The position numbers were made by a program, and so were the translations under genes. A stretch of DNA of 64,000 bases from Candidatus Aenigmatarchaeota archaeon (GTDB lineage Archaea; Aenigmatarchaeota; Aenigmatarchaeia; QMZP01; QMZT01): NCBI GenBank assembly GCA_041489155.1, contig JBGPQP010000002.1:37262-101261 (forward strand). The letters run 5' to 3'. Every line of letters begins with the position of its first letter. Position 1 is the first letter of the stretch. The notes beneath the pieces were generated by a model. That model did no database searches and was not told where the DNA came from. It saw nothing but the letters and a program-made list of their open reading frames with translations. This document shows, in pieces, positions 17,531-26,075 of the stretch.

Positions 17531-17767
17531 CTAGTCCTCTGTGTCGGTTTTCGAGGCAGTGAAGCTGGCGTAGCCGCATTTGCCGCAATACAAGCGATTT
17601 TTCTGCTTGGAAAGCCATACGCCACCTCCGCATCTGGGGCAGAAGTTGTTCTTTCTCGCGACGGTTTCGCCCTTGATTTCGTATTTCTTCCATATCTTCA
17701 CTGATTCGTGCTTTCTTCCCTTTCTTACGCGCTTGCCTTTTTTCCTTGTTTTCTTTTCCTTCGCCAT
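17531..17767 (-). CDS. rps27ae: 30S ribosomal protein S27ae (eS31)
   Basis: YEIKGETVARKNNFCPRCGGGVWLSKQKNRLYCGKCGY matches the S27ae zinc ribbon. Basic N-terminal extension. Confidence 0.85.
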   Translation of the reverse strand: MAKEKKTRKKGKRVRKGRKHESVKIWKKYEIKGETVARKNNFCPRCGGGVWLSKQKNRLYCGKCGYASFTASKTDTED

Positions 17768-17806
17768 TTGTTCACCTTATAATCATCTTAATTAATTGAG
17801 CCGGCT

Positions 17807-18091
17807 TCATGTGAGCTCGAATTTCTTGACCCTGAAGCCTTTCTTCGTATGCATCTTGCCGCACTGTTTGCATATCAGGCGCAGGTCAACCTTCTTGGTC
17901 GGCTTGCCCTCGCCGCTCGGCTTTGGCCTGGGGAAAGATCCGTAGCCCTCCATCTTCCGCTTGAACCTTCTCTGCGACTGGGACAAGGGATGAGCTGACG
18001 AACGGCCTTTTCTCTTCGCCACCTTCACCGTATGCTCCGTGTGCTTCCTGCACGTCGGGCAGTAGGTGTTGATCATCTTCGGGAATTTCAT
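17807..18091 (-). CDS. rpl44e: 50S ribosomal protein L44e (eL42)
   Basis: [14 protein letters not shown]...[10 protein letters not shown]...[22 protein letters not shown]; 94 aa. Confidence 0.9.
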   Translation of the reverse strand: MKFPKMINTYCPTCRKHTEHTVKVAKRKGRSSAHPLSQSQRRFKRKMEGYGSFPRPKPSGEGKPTKKVDLRLICKQCGKMHTKKGFRVKKFELT

Positions 18092-18231
18092 GTCCGCACC
18101 TGTTTCGTTTTTCGCTTAAGCCTTTTCCTAAAGGCTTATAACAAGTTTATTACGTCAAACAATTTATAAGCTTTTTAAGCAAACGCAACAGCACAATATG
18201 GGTTTAAATTTTTTATAATTAACTACTAACT

Positions 18232-18660
18232 ATGCTTTCATTGCACTGGTTCAGGCACTGGGACAAGATATTCTGGACATTTTTCGCACTCATTGGTTTG
18301 ACTGTTGCGATAGGCGGTTTCGCAGGCCTGATGCCGGCCGAGTTCCTGATGCTTCTAGGGGCTTTCATAATCATAATAGGCGCCGGCAAGCTCGCCGAAG
18401 AGATAACGAAGCGCAAGCTCATGGGCTACCAGGACGACATCTACAGGAAGATGCACCAGATCTCACAGCATCTCGAAAAAACGTTCGACATCGCCAGCAT
18501 GAACAAGGACAAGACAGAGTTCCGAATTCAAAAGCTCGACCAGAAAAGGGGCGAGATGGAGAAGCAGATGAACAAGAACTACCGCGAGCTTGCCAGGAAG
18601 ATAATAGAGCTTGAGAACAGGATGAACAAGCTGACCAAAGCGATGGAGAAGAGAAAATAA
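18232..18660 (+). CDS. small membrane protein with C-terminal coiled coil
   Basis: Two hydrophobic helices (FWTFFALIGLTVAIGGFAGL and LMLLGAFIIIIGAG), then a K/E-rich helical tail. Confidence 0.5.
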   Translation: MLSLHWFRHWDKIFWTFFALIGLTVAIGGFAGLMPAEFLMLLGAFIIIIGAGKLAEEITKRKLMGYQDDIYRKMHQISQHLEKTFDIASMNKDKTEFRIQKLDQKRGEMEKQMNKNYRELARKIIELENRMNKLTKAMEKRK

Positions 18661-18680
18661 TCTTATTATTCAATTTTAAT

Positions 18681-19982
18681 TCATTTCTCCCCGCCGATGA
18701 GCGATTTTTCCTTTATTATTATCGGCGAGCCGCCTGCGTGCCACGAGAAGCGCGGCCTGACCTGGATCTGGTAGATGCGCTCGGAGTTGTCGTCCAGCAG
18801 GATGGCAGAGCCTTTTGTTTTGGGAAGGTCGTTGAGGTAGTCTTGTATATCCTCAAGCATGTAGGTCTGCATTATCGAGCGCAGCGCCTCGATGTCCGCT
18901 TTCGAGGTCAGGCGGTGGGAGATTATGATGTCAGCCTGGGACAGCGCGTCTTCGTGGAGCTTGTTGGGCCGCTGCGTTATCAGCAGGACCGAGATGCCCG
19001 GCTCCCTGCCCTCCTTGATGAGCGTGAGCAGCGGGCCTGTCGCCGCTGTCGTCTCGCCGTTGGGGACGAACTGGTGCGCCTCGTCCATCATCACCCAGAC
19101 CATGGGCAGCGTCTTTTTGATCTGCCCCGTTATCTGGCCGTACTCTTCGGCCTTTCTGGACATCAGGCGCTGTTCGAAAATTTTCCTGGAGATAAGGCCG
19201 ACTACCATGGATCTTATCGACCACGACTCGGAAACGCGCATGTAATGGGAGACGTCGAGGATCGATATGACTCCGGGCTTCAGGAAGTCGTCTATCCTCG
19301 TGCCCTGCTCCTCGAAAAGGCCCCAGCTCTCGGCTGCGATGAACCTGTTCGCCAGGGCGTCTTTCACCTTCTTCTCAGTCGTCTTGTCCTTGTCTATCGC
19401 ATCGATGATGTCCTGCAGCGAGAATTTGTCTCCAAACTTTTCGACGAGGTCCTCCATGATCTTTTCCAGCAGTATGCCGTGCTCGTCTATCATCGAGAAG
19501 CCGAACGTGACGGCCCAGTCCTCCGCTGTCAGCTCGCTGACCGAGATGGTGAAAGGCGCGTCCACCGCTATGCCTGTCTCCTTGTACTCGGCCATGTAGC
19601 CCTTCGGCACGAAGAGCTTCACATTCATGCCTTCAGGCTTTATGTTCCATTCCTTCAGCATATCAATTTCCTTCTCGTTGGGCAGCTTCATGGACCAGTA
19701 GATGCCCATCGTGTCTATGAGGATGACAGCGAGATTCCTGCGCAGCTCGTCGGGCAGCTTGTATATCTCCTCGGCGATGACGCCTGCGGAATAGCTCTTA
19801 CCCGTGCCGCGCTTGCCGCAGATCAGCACGATGTGCGGCCTTGTGATGTCCATGAGAATGGGATTCGTGAGATGAGACTCATCGCCCTTGCCGACTATGT
19901 GCCTGCCGATAAACGCCGTCCCCTTCTCGCCGAACTTTTTCAGGTCCTTCCAGTCCTTCCCTATGATTATCTTTTCGACCAT
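18681..19982 (-). CDS. HerA/FtsK-superfamily P-loop ATPase (DUF87/COG0433-like), no HAS-barrel
   Basis: Walker A ICGKRGTGKSYSAG at residues ~54-67, Walker B VWVMMDEAHQFVP, and LLITQRPNKL. Typical HerA-like central domain, 433 aa. Confidence 0.8.
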   Translation of the reverse strand: MVEKIIIGKDWKDLKKFGEKGTAFIGRHIVGKGDESHLTNPILMDITRPHIVLICGKRGTGKSYSAGVIAEEIYKLPDELRRNLAVILIDTMGIYWSMKLPNEKEIDMLKEWNIKPEGMNVKLFVPKGYMAEYKETGIAVDAPFTISVSELTAEDWAVTFGFSMIDEHGILLEKIMEDLVEKFGDKFSLQDIIDAIDKDKTTEKKVKDALANRFIAAESWGLFEEQGTRIDDFLKPGVISILDVSHYMRVSESWSIRSMVVGLISRKIFEQRLMSRKAEEYGQITGQIKKTLPMVWVMMDEAHQFVPNGETTAATGPLLTLIKEGREPGISVLLITQRPNKLHEDALSQADIIISHRLTSKADIEALRSIMQTYMLEDIQDYLNDLPKTKGSAILLDDNSERIYQIQVRPRFSWHAGGSPIIIKEKSLIGGEK

Positions 19983-20049
19983 ATTATAGATTTGGCCAGC
20001 CTGTATAAAAAAGATGAAACAAAAAACAGAAAAACATATTGATGCGAAG

Positions 20050-20099
20050 CAGAGCTAAAAATAAAAAAAGCAAAAAAGAGATGAAAAAAGAAAGTCTCT
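20050..20099 (-). terminator. oligo-T terminator region after the pilin gene
   Basis: The minus strand directly after the pilin stop reads AAAGAGACTTTCTTTTTTCATCTCTTTTTTGCTTTTTTTATTTTT. It has a short inverted repeat (AAAGAGA/TCTCTTT) and four T-tracts, the usual archaeal termination signal. Confidence 0.4.
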
Positions 20100-20558
20100 T
20101 TAGCTAACAACGCCAGTCACAGTCCCCGTGTCCGTGTGGTTGAGTCCGCCCGCGTTGTAAACTATTGCCAATTTGACAGAATAGCTCGAGCCTGTTGTTA
20201 GTAGTGGAAGTGTTGGGAATGTTATGCTTCCGGATGCTCCCGGGCCAAGTACCAAACTAGTCGGGTTGTAAGTACTAGCCGTTCCACTTATCGTAGCGGT
20301 TATATTGAGTATAGTCACTGCTGTTGCCATTTTGTTGTTGGCAAGGTTCAGTGTAAGGTTACCTGCGGTCGTTAAATCCCAGTCTGTCGGCGCTCCCAAC
20401 ACCTGGAATCCCGTCGCTGTCCTTCCTGTAAATGTCGCTGGGTTGAATACGCCTAACGCGTATAACGCCGCTGCCACTATTATGACGATCAGTATAGCCC
20501 AACCGTACGTCATCAGGTACTCCATCGCGGACTGTCCCTTTTTATTCGCAAATTTCAT
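20100..20558 (-). CDS. archaeal type IV pilin with class III signal peptide (DUF361/EppA-type, Gln at +1)
   Basis: MKFANKKG|QSAMEYLMTYGWAILIVIIVAAALYAL: basic leader, KG cleavage motif, Q+1 and the QxxxEY signature, hydrophobic helix. Beta-rich T/G/N-rich body. Confidence 0.75.
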   Translation of the reverse strand: MKFANKKGQSAMEYLMTYGWAILIVIIVAAALYALGVFNPATFTGRTATGFQVLGAPTDWDLTTAGNLTLNLANNKMATAVTILNITATISGTASTYNPTSLVLGPGASGSITFPTLPLLTTGSSYSVKLAIVYNAGGLNHTDTGTVTGVVS

Positions 20559-20636
20559 AAATGATCAATTTATAATTGGTTTAAACTGGTATATATAAGT
20601 TCTTCCATGCTTCGTTTTGTTTCCCGTCTGTTTGTT

Positions 20637-21590
20637 CTAATGCGGCATGAAACTGGAGAACATGCTGTTTATGACGAAATTCGCCCCGAAGAACACAATA
20701 AGGGCGATTATCATGAAGATGGGCACGTATTTTATCCCGCCCTTCTCCTTGCCCGTTTCTATCAGGCCGATTATCAGGCCGGAGAAGAAAGTGGTTATGA
20801 TGATCGAGACGACCGAGAAGGCCATCAGGAAATCGGGCGAAATTGATATGCCGCCCTTGAACATCGGGACGCCCTTCGACATGACCTCGCTGCTCACCAC
20901 GCTGGAGCCGGTGAGGGAGGTAAGCGTGGTTATGAGATAAAGCGACAGCGCATAGAGGACGGGCGCGCCCATCACGCCGGAGAAGACAATGAATATCCCG
21001 TACATTATGATGTTGGCCTTTATCTCCTTCTTTATCGCCTGCTTCCTGCGGATGTCGACTGCGTTCTCATCCAGCAGAGAAACGAGCTGGCCGCCGAACT
21101 TCGAGCCCTCGTTTATCAGGTTTATCGCGCGCTGGAGGATGTCCGATTTTATGTAGCGCGGGATTTCGTTCAGGCCCTCGGCAAGCGATTTGCCTGTCAG
21201 GATTTCCTTGCCCGACTTCTTTATCGCCTCCGCGAGCGGGCCGAACTCGCTGCGTGCGCTCAGTAACAAAGCCTTGCTGGGTATGTAGCCTGCGCGCATG
21301 TTGGCTGCCATAAGCTCTAGCGCATCCGGCAGGACATTCTCGACGAAAGTCTTTCTCTTCTCGACGGCAAGCGTGAGGTAGGCGTTGAACATCAGGAAAG
21401 CGCCCATGAAAACGCCTATGAAGATGTAAATGGCGTATGTTCTTACAACCACCGCCAGAACCGCTGCGAGTATGAGGCTTATAATGAACGATTTGTTTAT
21501 GTAGGACTCGCTGGTGGTGGTCATGCCGGCGAGCAGCAATTTCTCTCTTATGTGCTCCCGGTAATTCTGGGGGAAAAACCTGTATATCAT
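20637..21590 (-). CDS. type II secretion system F-domain membrane protein (TadC/FlaJ-like platform, half-size)
   Basis: One T2SSF repeat: LPDALELMAANMRAGYIPSKALL...GPLAEAIKK...LTGKSLAEGL...GGQLVSLLDE, flanked by TM helices. Confidence 0.8.
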   Translation of the reverse strand: MIYRFFPQNYREHIREKLLLAGMTTTSESYINKSFIISLILAAVLAVVVRTYAIYIFIGVFMGAFLMFNAYLTLAVEKRKTFVENVLPDALELMAANMRAGYIPSKALLLSARSEFGPLAEAIKKSGKEILTGKSLAEGLNEIPRYIKSDILQRAINLINEGSKFGGQLVSLLDENAVDIRRKQAIKKEIKANIIMYGIFIVFSGVMGAPVLYALSLYLITTLTSLTGSSVVSSEVMSKGVPMFKGGISISPDFLMAFSVVSIIITTFFSGLIIGLIETGKEKGGIKYVPIFMIIALIVFFGANFVINSMFSSFMPH

Positions 21591-21600
21591 ATCAATCCCT

Positions 21601-22494
21601 TTAATCGATGCCTACCGGCCTCCTTGATTTTATAAGGCCTATGAACATGAACTGGAAAAGGACGAGGACGCCTAGTAGCCCGGCCAGCACGATTTGAAGG
21701 TTGAACTTCAGGCCGGTGAAGGATGCGAGGACGAGGAGGAAGGTGATGCCCAGCGTCGGGAATATCACGGCGAAAAGCATGTACATGAGGGCGAGAGGGT
21801 TCAGCTGCGCGCCGTATTTTTTGATAGCGACTCTCTGCTCGACCGCCAGGTTTTCTACTATCTCTTTCATCGTGTGTCCGATGTCGGCGCCGGATTTGAG
21901 CGCGTTTATGATCTGCCACATGACGCGGCGGAAGAAGAACGAAGGCGTCTCTCTCGTTATTTTTTCCAGCGCTTCCGCCTCGGACTTGCCCGTGTTTATC
22001 TCGTTTACCACGCGCCTCATCTCCTTTGAAAGCGTCCCGTAGTCGCCCCTCGCTATCGAGACGAGCGTGTCGTAAAGCGGCACGCCTGACCTTACCTGGA
22101 CGAGGATGTGATGCAGAACGTACGGGAGATTCTTCTCTATGTCGCCTACCTTCTTCTGCGCGGAAAGCTTCGGGTAGAAGGAAAGGAACATGAACGTCCC
22201 CGTCCCTATCGCCAGGCCGGCGAACGTCGCCACCGTCAGCGCCCTCTGCATCTCTATCCTGGCAACGAGCGTTATCAGGAACACGAGGCCGAACAGCAGC
22301 AGGAAGTAGAACATGAACGCGAACAGGGCGATGGACATCCAGCGGCGCGGCGAGATTTCGAAGCCTGACTGCTCGAGGTCAAATTCAAGGGAAGGGAACA
22401 TTTTTGACAGGTTCTCCCCCAAGCCCAGAAAGTGCTCTGTTATCCCCCTTACTTTTTCATATGGCAGGGGCAAGAATGGAATTTTGTTTTTCAC
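21601..22494 (-). CDS. type II secretion system F-domain membrane protein (TadB-like platform, half-size)
   Basis: One T2SSF repeat: NLPYVLHHILVQVRSGVPLYDTLVSIARGDYG.LSKEMRRVVNEINTGKSEAEALEK, with TM helices on both sides. Confidence 0.8.
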   Translation of the reverse strand: MKNKIPFLPLPYEKVRGITEHFLGLGENLSKMFPSLEFDLEQSGFEISPRRWMSIALFAFMFYFLLLFGLVFLITLVARIEMQRALTVATFAGLAIGTGTFMFLSFYPKLSAQKKVGDIEKNLPYVLHHILVQVRSGVPLYDTLVSIARGDYGTLSKEMRRVVNEINTGKSEAEALEKITRETPSFFFRRVMWQIINALKSGADIGHTMKEIVENLAVEQRVAIKKYGAQLNPLALMYMLFAVIFPTLGITFLLVLASFTGLKFNLQIVLAGLLGVLVLFQFMFIGLIKSRRPVGID

Positions 22495-22524
22495 ATAAAA
22501 TTATTGGAGAACTGAGTATATATT

Positions 22525-23184
22525 TCATGCGAGTTCTATTGTCAGCACGCCGTTCTTGAATGTCTGGTTGAAGATGCTGGTTTCAGGAGGCTTTGTGAGA
22601 ATCTTGAAATACGCCTTTTCGCCTGCTATGGCTTTGACTTCGATGGAGTTCTCAAGCTTCTTCACCTCAATGTCATTCGCGTTCCTGACGCCGGGCAGTT
22701 TTATCTCAACAAGTGTTTTGCTGCCTACCTTCTTCATGCAGGTCACAGGCTCTTCGGTGTGCTTTGCACTGTCAAAGCATATGCCCTGCGCTCCACTGCT
22801 TTCAGTTTTTTCAGGCCTTATTGCCTTGGATATGCGGTCTCCGAAGCCCATCTTGTCCGCTTCCTTCTCTATCGCCTTCTTCGGGACGTCGCCGAAGGTC
22901 TGTATCGAAACCTTTGGCTTGTGGCCGGTGCCCTGCGTTATCTTTATGGAGAAGCCGCTGCCCCTCATGGGCTTGGTGTTTTTGGGGAACATTGGTATAA
23001 GGTCTGCGAACTCGAAATTCTTTTCCAGGGCCTTGTTCATCTCGCTCATTTCGCGTTCCATGCGCTCGAACACATCGCCGAATAAAGCGCGTTCTTTAAT
23101 CTCCAGCTCCGCGCCGCAGCTGGGGCAGAACTTCCATCTCGCGTCCGTTTCTCTGCCGCAGTTGGCGCATCTCATATGTATCAT
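22525..23184 (-). CDS. zinc-ribbon / Hsp20 (alpha-crystallin domain) fusion protein
   Basis: N-terminal CANCG-x10-CPSCG ribbon. C-terminal ...LVEIKLPGVRNANDIEVKKLENSIEVKA...FKNGVLTIEL is a small-HSP ACD signature. Confidence 0.7.
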   Translation of the reverse strand: MIHMRCANCGRETDARWKFCPSCGAELEIKERALFGDVFERMEREMSEMNKALEKNFEFADLIPMFPKNTKPMRGSGFSIKITQGTGHKPKVSIQTFGDVPKKAIEKEADKMGFGDRISKAIRPEKTESSGAQGICFDSAKHTEEPVTCMKKVGSKTLVEIKLPGVRNANDIEVKKLENSIEVKAIAGEKAYFKILTKPPETSIFNQTFKNGVLTIELA

Positions 23185-23197
23185 GTTTTATTTGAAA

Positions 23198-25540
23198 TTA
23201 TAAAAGTTTTCTGGCCATAGTCACGAGCCTCGGCTTTTTCATCAGGATCAGGGCGAGCCTCTTGAAGCCAGACGCTCTCGCGAAGCCGACGAGTTCGTCG
23301 CCATTAAGGTATTCGGCCAGCCAGTTGAGTTCGTCATCCTTCAGGTTTTCGACGACGTGCCTCAGCTTCAGGATTCTCTTCAACCTTTCCCCGCGTTCCT
23401 TCCACCATCTTCTCTCGTATTCGGCGAGCTTCGCCTTTGAATAATCATTCGCTTTTATCGCCTTTGCAATCGTTTCGCTTGCCATGCGACCTGCGACATA
23501 CGCTTCAGCTATGCCGCCTCCGTGAATCGGGTTGACCTGATGCGCTGCATCGCCGACGACGACGAAATTGTCAGCCACCATGCTTCTGAGGAAGCCGCCG
23601 ACAGGCACGCCGCCCGAGTTGGCTTCTATGGTCGATCCCTTGCGCAGGGCTTCGCGCTCCCTTATGAAATCCCTGAGGTATGATATCGCCGACCTTTTTG
23701 AGAAGGGCTTTCTCACGCCTATGCCGACATTCGCGCTGTCCTTCCCTTTCGGGAATATCCAACAATTATGCACAATAAAACCAGGGCAGAATGAACCGTT
23801 AGATTGGATATCATATACCTTTCCTGTATATTTTTCACGTCTTAGGCTTCTTACACCCATAAACAAAAATCCTTCTTTTACAAACGACCTGCTGTTTTTC
23901 AATTCTCCATATTTGCATTCACCGAATATTGTATCTAGCTTTTTCAATTGTTTGCCATAAATTCGTAAACGATATGCATTTTTCTTTTTTATTCTTCCAA
24001 CTGAACCAGCTATATTTATTGTTGATAAAAACATCCACAAGTCGTATAACATTCGTTTTGACGTTGTGGTAAGGTTTAAATGTTCATCTTCACGTTTTGA
24101 TTTTTTCTCTTTGTTCCCGTCACCTCTGAAAAGACCTTTTAAAAACGCTATCTTTAGCTCATCATCCAGACCAAAGAAAAAATGCGGTATATGTTTATTA
24201 TGGCAACCTCTTCCGAATAAAGACTCGAATAATTGTTTTAAAATTTTGGAAGCAAAATGCACTTGCACGCATGTTTTTTCTCCTGATGTTTTTTTATTTT
24301 TCCATAGGCTGGCCTCAAATCCGAATGTCTCCTCTCCTATTTCTTCCACTCTATTTATTATGTTTTTATCTGTATTGCTTATAATAATGCCATTGGAGTT
24401 TGTGTTACCCTCTGACACATAATAACCAAAAAACTCCATCAATTTTTCTGTTATTTCTAGATTATTTTTTATGCCATGTTTATATGCAAATTCAGCCCCA
24501 AATTGATTTCTGCCTATAGGATATGTTTTACCATCTTTTACTATACCTTTCACGTAATCCTGAATTTTAATGTGTGTAATTCGTTTCTCTTTTGGGATGG
24601 GTAATATTAGGTAATCGCCATCTCTGTGATTACCCCTCCTTCCCTTTATTATTTCCTTTGCCTTTTTCCATGCAAATCCATCTTTTTTGTTCCATATATA
24701 GACTAGATGGCCCGGGGTTAGTCTAACTTCATTATTGAACATAAAGGGAGTTATGGTGATGATTTCTCCATCGTATTCCCTTATAGAGATAGCGGAAGCA
24801 GGGACCCATCCTTTCATCGTGAATACTTCTTCACCGATTTTAACATCAGAAATTGGTTTGAGCGTATTTTTAGTGATAATTTCTGTATCAGGTGTCAGAC
24901 AATATCCGCCAGGCGCGATAGCGTTGCCGAAGTAGAGCTCGATCCTGTCGGGATCTATGCTCACGTTCGTCATCTCGAACTGCGCGCAGGACGCAATCTC
25001 GGAAAGCGGGAGCGTGGTGTCTATGCCCATCATTCTCGGGAGCCTTGACTCGATGCCGTCGCAAGCGACAAGAATCTTGCACCCGATTTCAAGGGTTTCG
25101 TTGCCAGACCTCAGTTTTACAGCGAGCCTGTTCCCGTTCCTTCTCGCTCCTATGACCTCGGTTTTGGTCAGGACCCTGGCGCCCGCCTGAACGGCGAGTT
25201 TCGCCAGGTACTTGTCAAGCATCTTCCTCTCGATTATCCATCCCTCAGGCCCGTCGAAATCGGCGGTTATCTTCTTGCCGTTGGGCGCGTAAATGCTCGC
25301 ACCCTTTACGACTTTAGAAATCCACGAATTATCGACCTTTATTTCCATCCTTTCCGCGGCGGACCTCGAAAGGCCCTCGCCGCAGCGCTTCGGGCTGCCT
25401 ATCTCCTGCCGCTTCTCGACTGCTAGGGTTTTCAGGCCTTTTTCAGCGCAGTGTCTCGCGACTGAAGAGCCAGCGGGCCCGACGCCGACAACCAGCACAT
25501 CATACTCCCTGTCAATATACTCGAACATAATATCACCCAA
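23198..25540 (-). CDS. geranylgeranyl reductase family FAD oxidoreductase (lipid saturase) interrupted by an intein
   Basis: YDVLVVGVGPAGSSVARHCAEKG (FAD GxGxxG), ...APGGY / CWIFPKG... and C-terminal VVVGDAAHQVNPIHGGGI are GGR motifs. The exteins sum to 401 aa, the normal GGR size. Confidence 0.85.
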   Translation of the reverse strand: MGDIMFEYIDREYDVLVVGVGPAGSSVARHCAEKGLKTLAVEKRQEIGSPKRCGEGLSRSAAERMEIKVDNSWISKVVKGASIYAPNGKKITADFDGPEGWIIERKMLDKYLAKLAVQAGARVLTKTEVIGARRNGNRLAVKLRSGNETLEIGCKILVACDGIESRLPRMMGIDTTLPLSEIASCAQFEMTNVSIDPDRIELYFGNAIAPGGYCLTPDTEIITKNTLKPISDVKIGEEVFTMKGWVPASAISIREYDGEIITITPFMFNNEVRLTPGHLVYIWNKKDGFAWKKAKEIIKGRRGNHRDGDYLILPIPKEKRITHIKIQDYVKGIVKDGKTYPIGRNQFGAEFAYKHGIKNNLEITEKLMEFFGYYVSEGNTNSNGIIISNTDKNIINRVEEIGEETFGFEASLWKNKKTSGEKTCVQVHFASKILKQLFESLFGRGCHNKHIPHFFFGLDDELKIAFLKGLFRGDGNKEKKSKREDEHLNLTTTSKRMLYDLWMFLSTINIAGSVGRIKKKNAYRLRIYGKQLKKLDTIFGECKYGELKNSRSFVKEGFLFMGVRSLRREKYTGKVYDIQSNGSFCPGFIVHNCWIFPKGKDSANVGIGVRKPFSKRSAISYLRDFIREREALRKGSTIEANSGGVPVGGFLRSMVADNFVVVGDAAHQVNPIHGGGIAEAYVAGRMASETIAKAIKANDYSKAKLAEYERRWWKERGERLKRILKLRHVVENLKDDELNWLAEYLNGDELVGFARASGFKRLALILMKKPRLVTMARKLL
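23765..24901 (-). mobile_element. intein (379 aa) with LAGLIDADG homing-endonuclease domain
   Basis: Block A CLTPDTEII (Cys1 codon 24899-24901), block B LTPGHLV, LAGLIDADG motifs FFGYYVSEGN and FLKGLFRGDGN, block F VYDIQSNGSFCPG, block G FIVHN followed by +1 Cys (23762-23764). The region is strongly AT-rich relative to the flanking exteins. Confidence 0.85.
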
Positions 25541-25598
25541 TAAATCTTTTTAATAGCCTATTTATTTATAAAATAAGATATAAAAAGTTCGTTAAGAG

Positions 25599-26075
25599 TT
25601 GGTGGTGTTTGTGTCGTTTTTCGGTAAGAAGAGGGAAGGCATCAAGAGGAATGTTGCTCTGTTTGTGGACGGACCGAATATAATAAGAAGGGAATTCAGC
25701 ATTGATCTGGACGAGCTTAGGAAGAACATAGAGAAGTACGGCAGAATCGTGACCGGAAAAGTCTTCCTTAACCAGCATGCCCCCGACAAGCTGATCGAAG
25801 CCGTCGCCAATCAGGGCTTTGAGCCTAAAGTCGTGCTGGCCGGCGAGGCCGAAGCGGACGTTGACGTCAGCGTCGCGGTCGAAATAGTCAAGGCCGCTTA
25901 CAACGATAAAATCGACGTGATCGCCCTCGCTTCTAGAGACGCTGATTATCTGCCTGCGATACAGCTTGCCAAGGAGAAGGACAAAATCATCGTGATAATC
26001 GGCATAAACCCCGGCTTTTCCAGGGCCCTGCAGAACGTCGCGGACAGCGTTGAAATTCTGACCAAAAGGGTTTGA
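25599..26075 (+). CDS. NYN-domain (LabA/DUF88-like) putative RNase
   Basis: VALFVDGPNI..., DVDVSVAVEIV and VIALASRDADYLPAIQLAKEKDKIIVIIG match the NYN/LabA layout. Confidence 0.75.
   Translation: MVVFVSFFGKKREGIKRNVALFVDGPNIIRREFSIDLDELRKNIEKYGRIVTGKVFLNQHAPDKLIEAVANQGFEPKVVLAGEAEADVDVSVAVEIVKAAYNDKIDVIALASRDADYLPAIQLAKEKDKIIVIIGINPGFSRALQNVADSVEILTKRV

Noticed and set aside
18738-20042. 434-aa plus-strand ORF antisense to the HerA-like ATPase
   Set aside because: R/H/D/L-rich composition with no motifs. The minus-strand frame carries clear Walker A and B motifs, so the plus ORF is a shadow ORF.
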